A model generated the notes under the pieces. That model was not told where the DNA came from and searched no databases. It saw nothing but the letters and a program-made list of their open reading frames with translations. The position numbers were made by a program, and so were the translations under genes. A stretch of DNA of 63,880 nt, filler included, from Octopus bimaculoides (taxonomy: Eukaryota): NCBI RefSeq assembly GCF_001194135.2. It is 6 parts of 5 records of this genome, joined end to end, with 100 filler letters (N's around TTAATTAATTAA, not from the genome) between each part and the next. Parts side by side here need not be neighbours in the genome. Positions count along the whole stretch, not along the records: positions 7,857 to 29,932 come from NC_068982.1; 5 more parts are not named here. One strand, given 5' to 3'. Each line of letters starts with the position of its first letter. Positions within the stretch are counted from its first letter, which is position 1. Of this stretch, positions 12,351 to 25,139 are shown in pieces.

Positions 12351-12945
12351 AGGTGGCGAGCTAGTAGAGTTGTTAGCACACCAGGCAAACTGCTTAACAA
12401 CATTTTGGTCGTCACTATATTCCGAGTTCAAATTCTGCCAGGGTTGACTTTGCCTTTCATCCTTTCGGGAGCCAATAGATTAAGTACCTGTGAAACACTG
12501 GGGTTCGATGTAATCAACTAGTCCCTCCTCCCTGGCTTTGTGCCTTTGGTGAGAGAGGATTATTATTATTATCAGTGATCCGGTAGAATTGTTAGCAAGC
12601 CGGACAAAAGTACCTTGTAACATTTCATCTATCTTTATGTTCTGAGTTCAATTACTGCTGAGATTGACTTTGCCTTTCATTCTTTCAGGGTCAAGGTGAT
12701 GTTAATGACTCGGCCCTTGTCCCTAAATTTACTGCCAAAATTTGGAATTATTATTATTAGCAAGCTAGCAAAAATCATTATCATGCTGGGAAAAACGCTT
12801 AGCAGTATTTCTTCTGACTTTACATTCTGAGTTCAAATGTCACTGGGGTTAACTATGCCTTTCTTCCTTTCAGGTTTGATAAATTAAGTACCAGTGTAAC
12901 ACTGGGGTCATTGTAATCATCCAGTACCCAACCACCACCAAATTT
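12351..12945 (+). mobile_element. Three tandem copies of the same tRNA-derived SINE
   Basis: Copies at about 12351, 12575 and 12760. Other copies at 1846-2066, 9965-10070, 10566-10755, 21240-21380, 38255-38460, 39690-39870(-). Confidence 0.85.
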
Positions 12946-13687
12946 CATCATCATCATCATCATTTAACATCTGCTTTCCATGCTGGCATACCAGAAGGCT
13001 GCACCAGGCTCCAATGCAATCTGGCAAAATTTCTACAGCTGGATGCCCTTCCTAACGCCAACCACTCCGAGAGTGTGGTGGGTGCTTTTACGTGCCACTG
13101 GCACGGAGGGCCAGTCAGGCGGTACTGGCAATAACCACGCTCAAAATGGTGTTTTTTACGTGCCACCTGCACAAGAGCCAGTCCAGCAGCACTATATATA
13201 TATATATATATATCTTCTACATTTAGATTTTTCCTCACCACCCTTCACCAACCCATCTAAATAGCTTAGATGTAGCTTACTTGACTATCCAGACTCTCTT
13301 ATTACTTCTTAGATTACCCGCCCCACCGATTTGACTCCCTTTATTTTTTATTTTATTTTAAGTTTTATTTTTATTTTTTTACATGAATATCTGTGTATTT
13401 CTTTTTCTTTTCTTTTCTACTCAGGATTTTATATTCCCATTTTATTTTATATTGTTGTTTCGTTTTGTCATTTTATTGTATTGTTCTTAACCACCAACTT
13501 AACACTACACACTGAATCGTGGCAAGGTATGGACGGTTTTCAGAGGACCGAAGAAATTATGTGTAAATGGAGAATTATACGAGGTATAGTACTATACAAA
13601 ATACCGAAAGGATCTTCACCTCTTATATCACACCTTTCTTCCTCCTTTAACGCCGATGTGATATAATTTCCTGGGAGAGAAATACTT

Positions 13688-13756
13688 TTGCGGCTGAAGA
13701 TAGCTTTGTATTGTAAATTATACACTGATATAAAGCTTGAAACACGTGTACCGCAG
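13688..13756 (+). ncRNA. Minimal type I hammerhead ribozyme, intact
   Basis: Helix I TTGCGG/CCGCAG; core CTGAAGA 13694-13700; T.T then helix II AGCTTTGTAT/ATATAAAGCT; GAAA 13739-13742; palindromic helix III A-CACGTG-T; GUA cleavage site after 13750. Confidence 0.9.
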
Positions 13757-13794
13757 AACCCTTTGTATTTTTGTTGTTATTTTTGGGATTTACA

Positions 13795-13831
<37 letters not shown>

Positions 13832-14399
13832 CTTCTTTCAGTTTTTTCTGTCAACCAAATCCACTCAAGGCTTTGGTTGACCCAAAGCTATAATAGAAGA
13901 CACTTGACCAAGATGCCACACTTTGGATTGAACATGAAACCATGTGGTTGGGAAGCAAACTTCTTACCACACAGCCATGCAAAATTGAAATAATCTAAGA
14001 CAGTTATAACTGCTAAAAAAAGTTTCAAATTGGCTGAAATGCATCTTGTCATAATTTTGTTCTATCTCTGTGTTTGAGTTAATTTCGCTAATAACCCTTC
14101 AGCCGTTCACTAATACAGTTGATTAAATCTGTTTCATTTGCATACTAATTCATCTTGGGGCGGGGAAAGTGCAGGGAATGATAGCTGAGTGTTTACCTTC
14201 GTTAATGCTAACAAGAAAGCATAGAAATGTTACTATGAATGGTTGCCAAATGAGTAGAAAGCATGGTGAGGAGAGACAGGGAGGCCCTACTCCAAGTAGA
14301 CCTAACAGAAAGACTGGTTGTAGAAGTTGACCCCTATATGGTTGAAAGTGCAATTATGCATAATGAAGGTTGGGAAAACAGCTGAACTGTCTAAGATAG

Positions 14400-14961
14400 A
14401 AATAATACATTTCTAAATCTCTTGGAATGATTTATGCAGTAGTGATACGATAAAGTAGTTGTATGCTGTCAACTTAATGTGACAGTCCCATGAAAGGAAT
14501 AATACTACTGTTGGTTAGACCTAGGAAGCTGCACTGCTTCCTGTCGGTCTTGACACATTTCCTGTGTCCTTATGTTTACAAGGGGGAGACAAGCACTGTC
14601 ACATTAAGTTGACAGAATACAACTACTTTATCACATCACTACTGCATAAATCTCTCTGAGAGATTTAGAAATGTATTATTTCTATTTTTGAAATCAGTGA
14701 ATGTGTTTCACTAGAATTATATGTTTACAAGAGCTTGACTGGCATCTCCAACTAGAAGGCCATTGCTACTCCAGACTGATGACGAACAAAGACTCAGAAA
14801 CTAGTCCCTGGATGGAGGTGCTTGTCTCCCCTTTGTAAACATAAGGACACAGGAATTGTGACAAGGCTGACAGGAAGCGGTGCTGCTTCCTAGGGCTAAA
14901 TAGCAGTAGTATTATTCCCTTCATGGGACTGTCACATTAAGTTGACGGCAAACAACTACTT
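14400..14961 (+). mobile_element. Non-autonomous Penelope-like/retrozyme-like insertion with nested inverted repeats and a hammerhead
   Basis: 12-bp direct repeat TGTCTAAGATAG at 14388-14399 and 14962-14973; internal layout A-B-A'-C-B'-a'; hammerhead in C; no substantial ORF. Confidence 0.75.
14770..14812 (+). ncRNA. Degenerate minimal hammerhead ribozyme
   Basis: TCCAGA-CTGATGA-CGAACAAAGACTCA-GAAA-CTAG-TC-CCTGGA; core intact, helix II decayed. Confidence 0.6.
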
Positions 14962-17217
14962 TGTCTAAGATAGTTGCTAAGATACTGAAAATGTCTGGCA
15001 ATGTAGGGCATGTACCATTCACTCACCAAGTCAGTCAAGTATTATGGAGAAGAGTCATCTTCAGTGCCTGAAGCAACAGAATTCCCATTACCACAAAGGT
15101 GAAGCAGATGCTCTGGACTGAAGCAACTACAGAATTATGAAATTGATGGATCAAGTTATGAAAGTAAGAGAGTTACAGCATAACTAATTAGAAAGAAAAT
15201 TAGCAGAGATAATAAGTACTGATATGGTTGCGTAGTTAAAAAAGCTTTCATTCTAATCATGTAGTCTTGGGTTCAGTTCCACTTCATAACACCTTGGGTA
15301 AGTGGATTTGACAGACAGAAACTGAAAGATGCTTGTCTTATATGTATGTGTATCTTTGCATGTAGTGGAGGTGTGAGACTTTGCTGTTAGGGTGTTGGAT
15401 TCATGATTGTAAGATTGTGGTTTCAATTCCTGGACTGGGTGACACATTGTGTTCTTGAGCAACACACTTTATTTCACGTTGCTCCAGTCCACTCATCTGG
15501 CAAAAATGACTAATACTGCAACAGATCAGCATCTCATCCAGGTGGGGGGACCGGGTTGTCTCAGAGTTAAGAACCTCAACCAGCCCCAACTGACAGTAAC
15601 AGGATACACATCAACTGCTTTGCTCTTAGTTCAGCACTGAAACTTTTCATTTATGTCAATAAATTTTCCATAAAACCCATTTCAGTCTTACTGATTTCTT
15701 GGCATTGTCAGTTTTATTATACATCACCATCTTCTGACATAATTGATCCTATGACAAACCGATACATTTTATTGACTATTTTATGACCAATTAGTGTTCT
15801 GTGTATCTCATTTCAATATTTTTTTACTTCTTTATGACATACATTGTTGGTTCTGTGATCCATCTCAGTCTTATTGATATTGTCTTTATATTATAACCCC
15901 TCCCTCCAAACCTACACTGTTGCTATATACGTAAACATCTTGACCACATCCAAATAAAACCCCCCTGACTGATTGGTATAAAGTTATGTGCCAGCTCCTT
16001 GTTGTGCTGTCTTCTCTCTTTCTCTCTCTCTCTCTTCCCATTCCTCTAGCAATCTCTTTTCCTCAGCACTGGCTGGTCTTCTGCAACCCCTATATGGACT
16101 CTTATAATTTACTCATCTCTTCTAATTATTCTTGTGCATCCCCCACTCTTCAACTTCTAGACTCCACACTAAGAGGGAGAGTTTATAGACTTTCTTCTTT
16201 ACCAAAATTACTTTTACCAAATTTGTGGAATTACTCTCTTCTGCCGGTGGCACGTTAGAAAACATTCTAACGAGGTCGTTGCCAGTGCTACTGGACTGGC
16301 TCCTGTGTAGGTGGCATGTAAAAAACACTATTTTGAGCGTGGCCGTTACCAGTACCACGTAAAAAGCACCCACTACACTCTCGGAGTGTTTGGCGTTAGG
16401 AAGAGCATCCAGCTGTAGAAACTCTGTCAGATTAGATTGGAGCCTGGTGCAGCCATCCGGTTCACCAGTCCTCAGTCAAATCGTCCAACCCATGCTAGCA
16501 TGGAAAGCGAATGTTATACGATGATGATGATGTTTGCTGTCCTCTCATAAAAAAAAAAAACAATTTGCTGTTTGCATTACATCCAACTCCACATTATCAA
16601 TACTAGGTAATTCTCCCTAAAAAATGTTTACCATTCCACCAGGTTCCCCATAGACATACATGTCAAGTGTTGAAGTACATTTTGCTGGTTCAAACTAACA
16701 AAACCACCAAATTTGATAATGTCCCTTCTGTTACCCTTCAAGTAATATGCCCCTATCCTCTCCAACCTTTTTAGTCCTTCCACAGATATTTTCTGATTGG
16801 TGGAAACGTGCTACAGTGTGTTCCATTTCCAGAAAGAGTAACCACTCTGACCATGCCAACTTCTACATCATTTCACTCACTTTCAACATCTCAGAGATAG
16901 GGAACAATTATTAACAACCTTATGTAAAAACATGTATCCATCTCCATCCTTAATGACCACCAGTAAGGGTTTTTGTAATGCCTGGTCTACTGTTTTGTCT
17001 CCAACACAAATCTCTAAGAAAATTTATCGTTATGGGATCTGTCAGCAAAACAGTAGGTGGTATGTATTCTATTATTAGCTGTGCCTGGTTCAGGCATTTA
17101 ACTCTGAGATGACCAAGTCAAACTGAACGTAAAGAATAAAAAATCTTGGATTATTAATAAGCAGCCAGTTACTAGCTAGTGTTGATTTTAAATTCTCCCA
17201 TGAGCATGTATTTGTAC

Positions 17218-17540
17218 ATCATCATCATCTTCATTTAACGTCCGCTTTCCATGCTAGCATGGGTTGGACGATTTGCCTGGGGAATGACGAATCAGATGGC
17301 TGCACCAGGCTCGAATCTGATTTGGCAGAGTTTCTACAGCTGGATGCCCTTCCTAACGCCAACCATTCCGAGAGTGTAGTGGGTGCTTTTTATGTGCCAC
17401 CGACACGAGAGCTCGTCAGGCAGTATTGGCAACGACCATGCTCGAATGGTGCTTTTTACGTACCTCTGGCATAGGACCAGTCAGGTGGCACTGACAGCAA
17501 CCACGCTCGAATGGTGCTTTTTACATGCCACCGGCACATA
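17218..17540 (-). mobile_element. RTE-type 3'-tail retroposon with (GAT)n tail and internal tandem units
   Basis: Minus strand ...aggaagggcatccagctgtagaaac...catgctagcatggaaagcggacgttaaatga.. with a GAT-repeat tail. Other copies at 12945-13192, 16235-16532(+), 20880-21070, 26105-26300, 26760-27030. Confidence 0.75.
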
Positions 17541-18299
17541 TATACATACATACAGATGGGTGACTCCCTGTTAGGTCATTCCATCTCAGCACATGTGATG
17601 GAGTAGTGGATCTTAAGATTCAGTTTTTCTCTCATAATCTTCCTGCTCTACACAACCAACTTGCTTACCACCCCTACTAACAGCAGATGTTTATGTTCAT
17701 CCCTAACTTTCTACACCCCAAAGTCCTTCACATGCAATCTTGATACCTTATGCCAAACATACATTGATTCCATAAACAGGTACCTTTCATAACATCCCCT
17801 AAAGAAGTCCTGCTAATCTTGTCACTTTCAACAATAACCATTCCTATGTAGATGGTATGATCTTTTAATCCTCGTTAACTTTCCTCACATAAACACTACC
17901 CACAGTCAACAGAGGCAGTTCAGGTTCAAAACTACATTGCTTTCATGAACAGAAACCTTTCAAAATATTTTCCAACGAAGTTAAGCCAATCTAGTTGCCT
18001 TCAGCGACACAAAGACACAATCACTACATTTGAAGAAAATACTTCTGTACTATCACCTCTCTTTCTTATGAACAACATGTAACTGATACCCACAATATAG
18101 TGAGGACTGCTTTCCTCTTCAAAGCAACAAAATGCTTCAGACATTTGCTACCAGTCATCAACAAAACTCTGGTTAGACTCACAAAGAAGTAGTTCTTCCA
18201 TAGCTTGAATCGTACTGCTGCTACATGCATCTTCACCACATCCAAAGAAAAGCCACTTGAGTGACTGAAGTTCATAAATGTGCTATCTTCTATTTCTCT

Positions 18300-18339
<40 letters not shown>

Positions 18340-18367
18340 CTTATCTGTCATTTTGGGGAGTATTTAA

Positions 18368-18959
18368 GGCATTGGTATTTGATTTGAAGAAGGTTTAATT
18401 GCTATTCCTAGCAGGTTGAACAATCACATATCAGCTTCCTGATACACCTGTGGTTTCTGTTAAAGGTAAACTAGATGGACTTAGTTACCACATGACAGTT
18501 GCTGGTCTCTGCCCCTTTGATCTGGCTGGTCTCATGCAACCCTATGCAAGTAATCCTCACTGCCCTCATCTCTTCTCTTTTAATTTCTCATATTGTGTCA
18601 ACTTCTGGGCTCTTTACTAAGCACTAGATCCAATCTGTCCTCCACAGAACATTCTCCTCTGGAATTCTCTCTCTGCTCTGGCCTTGATTCTCATGCAGCC
18701 ATCAATTTGTAACTGCTAAAGAAAGTTTGTGAGGGTCAAGGTCACAATGTCTCCCTCAAGATAAAATCAATAAAACATATTTTAAAATTTAGTGCTCATT
18801 CATTGAGATATGCATTAGCAGCAGTGATGTCGCAACTAAGTCCACCTTGTTTGCCTTCTCTGTCACCACCAACAAAACTTAGGTGTATCAGGAAGTTGAT
18901 ATGTGGTTGCTCAACCTGCTAGAAACATTTAAACTTTACTCAAGTCATACACCAATGTC
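18368..18959. mobile_element. Foldback/MITE-like element with ~80-bp inverted arms
   Basis: 18368-18449 and 18881-18959 are imperfect reverse complements; TTAA on both flanks. Confidence 0.6.
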
Positions 18960-18963
18960 TTAA

Positions 18964-19182
18964 CCCTTTTGATACCAACACGCCTGAAACCGCCTCTGGT
19001 TTTGTAATACAAATGTCTTGTTTTGAGTTCTGAATTAAAATCTTCCACCAAACCTTAGTCCCAGTTTATGTTCCTAACACTAGCTTAATGATAACCAAGT
19101 TATTTTACTAAATTCTTTGTTATATTTAAAATTAATTGAAAGAAACACAGAGCATCTCAACAGAAATATGGTAATGAAAGGG
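18964..19182. mobile_element. piggyBac-like MITE, second family
   Basis: TTAA-CCCTTT...AAAGGG-TTAA with a different internal sequence. Confidence 0.8.
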
Positions 19183-19365
19183 TTAAATCAAAGAAAAGGG
19201 AAACAAGTTTTAGCTGTTCGCCAAAAGGACAGGAAAGTCATGGCTGGAATACATTTAACCATATATCTAATCCATAAGAATTGATCATAGGCTACACATC
19301 AACAACAGATTGGACCATAGAGACAAGTAACATGGAAAGACTTCCACACTACACCATGCAGTAAA

Positions 19366-19608
19366 CAGTGTGTGGTTCTCAACTAGTTTTGTATAAGATT
19401 TTGTCATTAGAATTTATCTGCAATAAATTGGTTATACATCTACAATACACAAAATATTTTAACAATATTTTTATACAGTTCCTAATAATAATTTAATTAT
19501 AAAAATATAAGATTTTTTTTAAACATCGAATGACTGGAAGGATCCATTCGAGTAAAATTGGAATCAAAGGGGTCCATAGGTTTTTTAAAAAATGGTTGAG
19601 AAACACTG
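19366..19608. mobile_element. hAT/Charlie-like MITE
   Basis: CAGTG..GGTTCTCAAC at left and GGTTGAGAAACACTG at right. Confidence 0.5.
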
Positions 19609-19774
19609 ATGTAGAGGCTTGGTATCTCTGGAGTGCAGGATTTGTTCTCTTACATCTTCAATAGACCATCTTTGTGACATAGGTCTATACCCAGGGCTGG
19701 CCAACATGAGGCCTCCAGCCTGCAGACTTCTATCTTGCAGCCTGCTTGATATTTTCTTGAAACATTGTGTTTAA

Positions 19775-19995
19775 CCCTTTAGCATTTAAACCGGCCATAT
19801 CCAGCCCAAATATTCTACCTGTTTTATGTTCAAACTGGCCAGATCTGGCTTTGCATACTTATCCTACAATGTCATTCTAAGAATAAGCAACTACATCCTC
19901 AAAATTTCAATACTACGATGTCTTTGCATGATTAATTCAAAACAATTTGATTATATAAGCATTACATTTGACGGAATAATCTGAATACTAAAGGG
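19775..19995. mobile_element. piggyBac-like MITE, same family as 11831, opposite orientation
   Basis: TTAA-CCCTTTAGCATT...AATACTAAAGGG-TTAA. Confidence 0.85.
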
Positions 19996-21748
19996 TTAAT
20001 CTCAAAATAAAATTGTTTGTGTAAAACATTTATTTCAAAATAAATTTAAAATTTATAAGTGGCAATAGCCTACAATTCTATTTTAAACAAATGAAAAGTA
20101 AATAAAATTGTTGATTCTGTAATTTGACTATTAGTGCATAAAGTATACAAGAGGCCTTCAAAAAACTTTCTGTGATTAAAGTGGTCCACAATGTAATATT
20201 AATTTTACAAGTGATAGATTTAATCTGTTACTAACACCAACTCCTTGTTAGATATCTTTTGTAGAGTATATCCTGTTAAAAATCATTTATGATAGTTCTT
20301 TGGTTTGAAGCTAACTTTTTCCTTTCCACTCACCAATTTTGGAAGTTACAAAAGATCGTACCATGCTGCTCTTATTTCACTAAAATAGTAGAAAAACAAC
20401 AACAAAAAGAAAAGAACTTGTAAGCATCTAGTGGTAAAATAGAATTGGTTATTGAATGAATATATCAATATATTCCTTCTTGTGCTGCCAACACTTGATG
20501 GAATCATAGCATGTCTTGGTTAGCTTAAACCCGGTGAAGCCCATTACCCCTAGAGATCTGAATACAACCAATTTCTCTCTTGAGACAGCTTGGTATATCT
20601 GGAGTACAGGATCCATTGTTCTTTTACATCTTCAATAGACATCTATGTGACATAGGTCTATGCCCACAAGGATAACCTGGGGTTATACTAATTTTAGAAG
20701 TGATACACTGAATCTGTTATTAACACCAACACAGAGATGGAGGATCAATCCCAATATTCATCAGGTACCTTTTTTTTCATTTTTTACCAAAAGTTTAAAA
20801 AAGGCAACTCTGGCAAGAATTGAACTCAGAATGCAGAGAACAAGAACATATACTACTTCATTTACTTGATACTCTAAGAATTCTGCCAATTTGCCTCTTT
20901 CCAGCATGGAAAATGGATGTTAAATGATGATGTATGTGTGTGCAGGAAGGGCATCCTGCTGTAGAAACCATGCCAAATCAGACTGGAACTTGGTGCAGCT
21001 GTCTGGCTTACCAATTCTAGTCAAACCATCCAACCCATGCCAGCATGGAAAATGGACATTAAATGATGATGATATATATTTGCGGGGAGGGTATGAAGTT
21101 GTTTAAAATGATTGAAATAAAGCACTGGACTATTAGTTATTGGTGAAGAACTTATTCTTCTGCTCTTAATTCTTTGTTAAATTGACCTTGAGCTTTCTGC
21201 AAACAGATTTGACATATTCTCAATGCTAGAACTAAGACAAAAAGATTAATGGCATTTCATCCGTTTTAATGTTCTGAGTTGAAATTCCTCAGAGGTTACC
21301 TTTGCTTTTTACCCTTTCAGGGGTTATATAATCAACTAGCTCTTTCCAAAAATTTCAGACCTTGTCCCTTTAGTAGAAAGGAGTGTTGCTCTTCATGGGG
21401 TGCCTGCAGTGGTGTAGCTAAAGTGTGTGTGACCCTTCAGTTTGCTACCCTTAGGCTCCCACTAAAGCAATATGTTGCACAGTTACTATACTGTTTGCTG
21501 CATTGGACAGGGAGTAGTGTCCGTGTGCCGACATGAAAACTGCTATTATTTGATTTCAGTACAGGCTTATAGCTTACAGCAGACCACACCCCTCTCTAGC
21601 TATACCAGTGGGTGTCTGACACAATAGTGAGAGCTGTGAGATATCTGGGTCATGTTGGTAACAAATTCATTTCTTTTCATTTTTATTGTACATTTTCTAT
21701 GAGATTATCTCATTGCTGCTTCAATAAGTATTTGGAGGTTTATGCATA

Positions 21749-21791
21749 GCTTTACTGAAGAGGTCTAATAAGATCAAAATATGTCCAGAGT
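21749..21791 (+). ncRNA. Inactivated hammerhead-like motif
   Basis: GCTTTA-CTGAAGA-GGTCT AATA AGATC-AAAA-TATG-TC-CAGAGT; G12 changed to A, consistent with CpG decay of C-GAAA. Confidence 0.5.
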
Positions 21792-23091
21792 TGTCTCCCG
21801 TATTTGCCAGAATGAGTGAAATATTGAAGATGGATGCCATGTTGTTTTCCATGCCGCATTGATATTTCTAAATAGATTCTTTAATTGCTTACTGCATTAA
21901 ACATACCAACACTAAGTTTGGTTTTATGAGCTGATATTCAACTGCAAGCATTGATTTTTATCTATCCCACTTCGATCAAGTGGGGAGGGCATTACACCAT
22001 ATTGATACTATAAAACCAGAAGCATTGCTAAGAGACTTGATTTAATGATTTTTCCCCCCGTCCGGAACGTAGTAAGCTCGCCTCTCACTTAAACTGCCAC
22101 CAGCTATTGTTAAAAAGACATTTGGTATCTCCCAATGGCAGGTGTGAAGAGTTGAACAGTAGAAATATATTTTATTTCTCAGATATAAAATAACAATAAA
22201 CATACAGGTAAGAAAATTTCATGGAAAATAAAATAAAATAATATAAATACAAATAGTGTATCGCGATAGTTTGTTGGAAGTTTTTATTTTTCGGAATTAT
22301 ATTAAACATTGGATTTCCAGATAAATTTGGTGCCGCAGTGGTTGCCCACGTGACATGGTGAAGGGAGACAACTCCACAAGGCTAACTGACAACCCTCATC
22401 CTGAAGTGACCGGCAGAAAACATGATGAGGTATGTCAGTGCGTTGGGTCGGCTCTGGAAAAGTTATTCAATTCCTCTACGCAGTCCTGTCACCTTTTCTT
22501 TTGTCACAAGCAGAAGTGGGTTCTCATCAAGGTCACAGACGGTCCTGGTGCATAACATCACTAAACATTTCAGGTTCGTTCTTGCCACACGCATATATTT
22601 CCTTTTTCTTCTTCTGTCTACCCTTTATAAAGCGATCTCTGTCAATGAATGATCGTTTCTTTCTATATAAATATAAACACATAATAATAATAATAATATC
22701 AGGCAGACTATGCTTTAGATTAGAGTAGAGATCTTGTTTTCTATCGCCGGTTTGTTTACTATGCTAATATTGTTTTCATTGCTTAGTGTGTGTATATATA
22801 TATATCTCTATATTTATTTGCACTTGATCGATTTTTGACCTTAGCGGCTTATATGACATTCTACAAAACTAATAAATAAACACTGCGCGTGTATGTGCAT
22901 TATATACATACATACATACATATTCATATATATATAATGTGCCGTGAAACAAGTTTATTTAATTTTTCCATTAAACAAGGCTTTTTCGCATGTTATGATA
23001 GATTTCAGTTACACACAATCTATAATATCTATATATATACATATATATATATAGGTAGATAGATAGATAGATATGGAGCTGGATGTGTGTG

Positions 23092-23133
<42 letters not shown>

Positions 23134-23353
23134 GCGGAAAATTTATCAAAATTGTGAGACATATGCGTTAGAAAGAATAACGAAATAAAATGAATACATA
23201 CATTTAGTTACATAAATATACACGCAAATATAGATTATACATACATATATTTATATACATACGCACATTTACGTAACCCCATACACACCTACACACTCAC
23301 AGGTGTGTGTAGGTGTGTATACATTCGAAGTTGATTTTATTTCATCAGTTTCT

Positions 23354-23384
<31 letters not shown>

Positions 23385-24679
23385 CCGTTTCGCGCTTGAT
23401 AAAAAATTATCTATATACATCTCTTGCTGCTTACATACCCCCCCCCCAAATACATATATATATTTTCTCTCACACTCTTTACAATCATTCATTTATTTAT
23501 TGAACGAGAATTCTCTTGAAAAAATTGATCATTTACGCCAGTTTTAAAAATTCAATTGCTTTTACGATCTTCGTTTTCTTTATCTCTTTGGTCAAAGCAT
23601 GAATAACTCCACTTCTCATTATCTCTTTCTCTCTCTCTCTTATACTAAAGCCGAGGCTTTTGTGTTTAATTGATTGATCGCAAATTACAGTGTTAATCGA
23701 CTGATGCATTGGAGTTGATCTTGAAATAAATCACACGCATTTATATATATATATACATATATACATATATATATATATATGTGTGTGTAGGGACCGACTT
23801 CGATTAAACCCTTCGAGATGTTGCCCCGACATGGCCGCAGTCCAATGACTTGAACGAGTAAAGGATAAAAGAAATATATATATATATGCACAAACACACC
23901 TAATTCCCATCGACAATCTCCTTTTATCCTTTCTCTCTCTCTCTCTCTCTTCGAATGACTGATAATTTAAGCAACGAAATAGTGAGTTTGCTAAGTTGCG
24001 ACATACCTGCATCTCTCCCCCTCGATGTTGCTATATATACATATATAGTACATATTTATGCATATTACCCCCAGAAACACCGGCCTTGACTTCCCCTCCC
24101 GGGTACCTTATCGTATTTAACCATAACTTATTCAATAATCACCATGCACTCACACACTTACACAGTCTGTCTCTATTTATCTCTACCTCGCGTATCGATA
24201 ATGATTTACGCAATATATTGTAAATTATGCAATATCATAACAGTTCACTGTGTATGTGTGCAGGTGGTATTGATGGTTATGGTGGTGGTGATGGTGATCT
24301 ATTTGACGGTGCCAAATTGTCTACGCTTGAATTCAAAGTTGGAGGTCACCTCGTTTTACCTCAATCGGTTTAAGCTTTTAATAACAGCCAGTCTCTCGTT
24401 CGCCTGTTGTCCTTTCCAATATCTATTAGCTGTAAAGATCGTTTTCATTTTTACTTTCAGTGTGTATACCTTCAAAATAAAATAAAATGAAGTTATGTAT
24501 ATTAGCGGAAACCACTTGTGTTTACATAATAATAAATTGCCCGATTTATATTTGTGTATGTGTGTGCATTTGCGTATATGTACGGGTACAAGATCTGCTT
24601 GCATGTATATATGTACATGTGCATGCTTGCTTGTAAATATGCATCCATGTGCTTGCATATTTCTACGTATGAGCTTGCT

Positions 24680-24722
<43 letters not shown>

Positions 24723-24777
24723 GCACACACGCGAGTGTGTTTGTGTGCATATATGTACCTGCATATATTTTTATATG

Positions 24778-24844
<67 letters not shown>

Positions 24845-25139
24845 ATGTATGTATGAATATATTACGTCGGGAAGAAATTCTTGTCGTTTTTCTGGATGTG
24901 AAAGAAACGAAATGTTTCATTGATTTTAATTAATATATTTAATGAAGATGATATTTCTCATTGTTATTTATTACATAGTCCCACACACTTGGCAGACTTT
25001 TTTTTATCTCTTGCATGTAAAATTCTTCATTTTTAACCTTGCAATTAATAAACTGTATTCATTCTAAATAATGTTACTATTGAAAAAAGATGATAAATGG
25101 AGCAAGGTCAGGTGAGTAAAGGAAATTGAGCAAAGCTTC

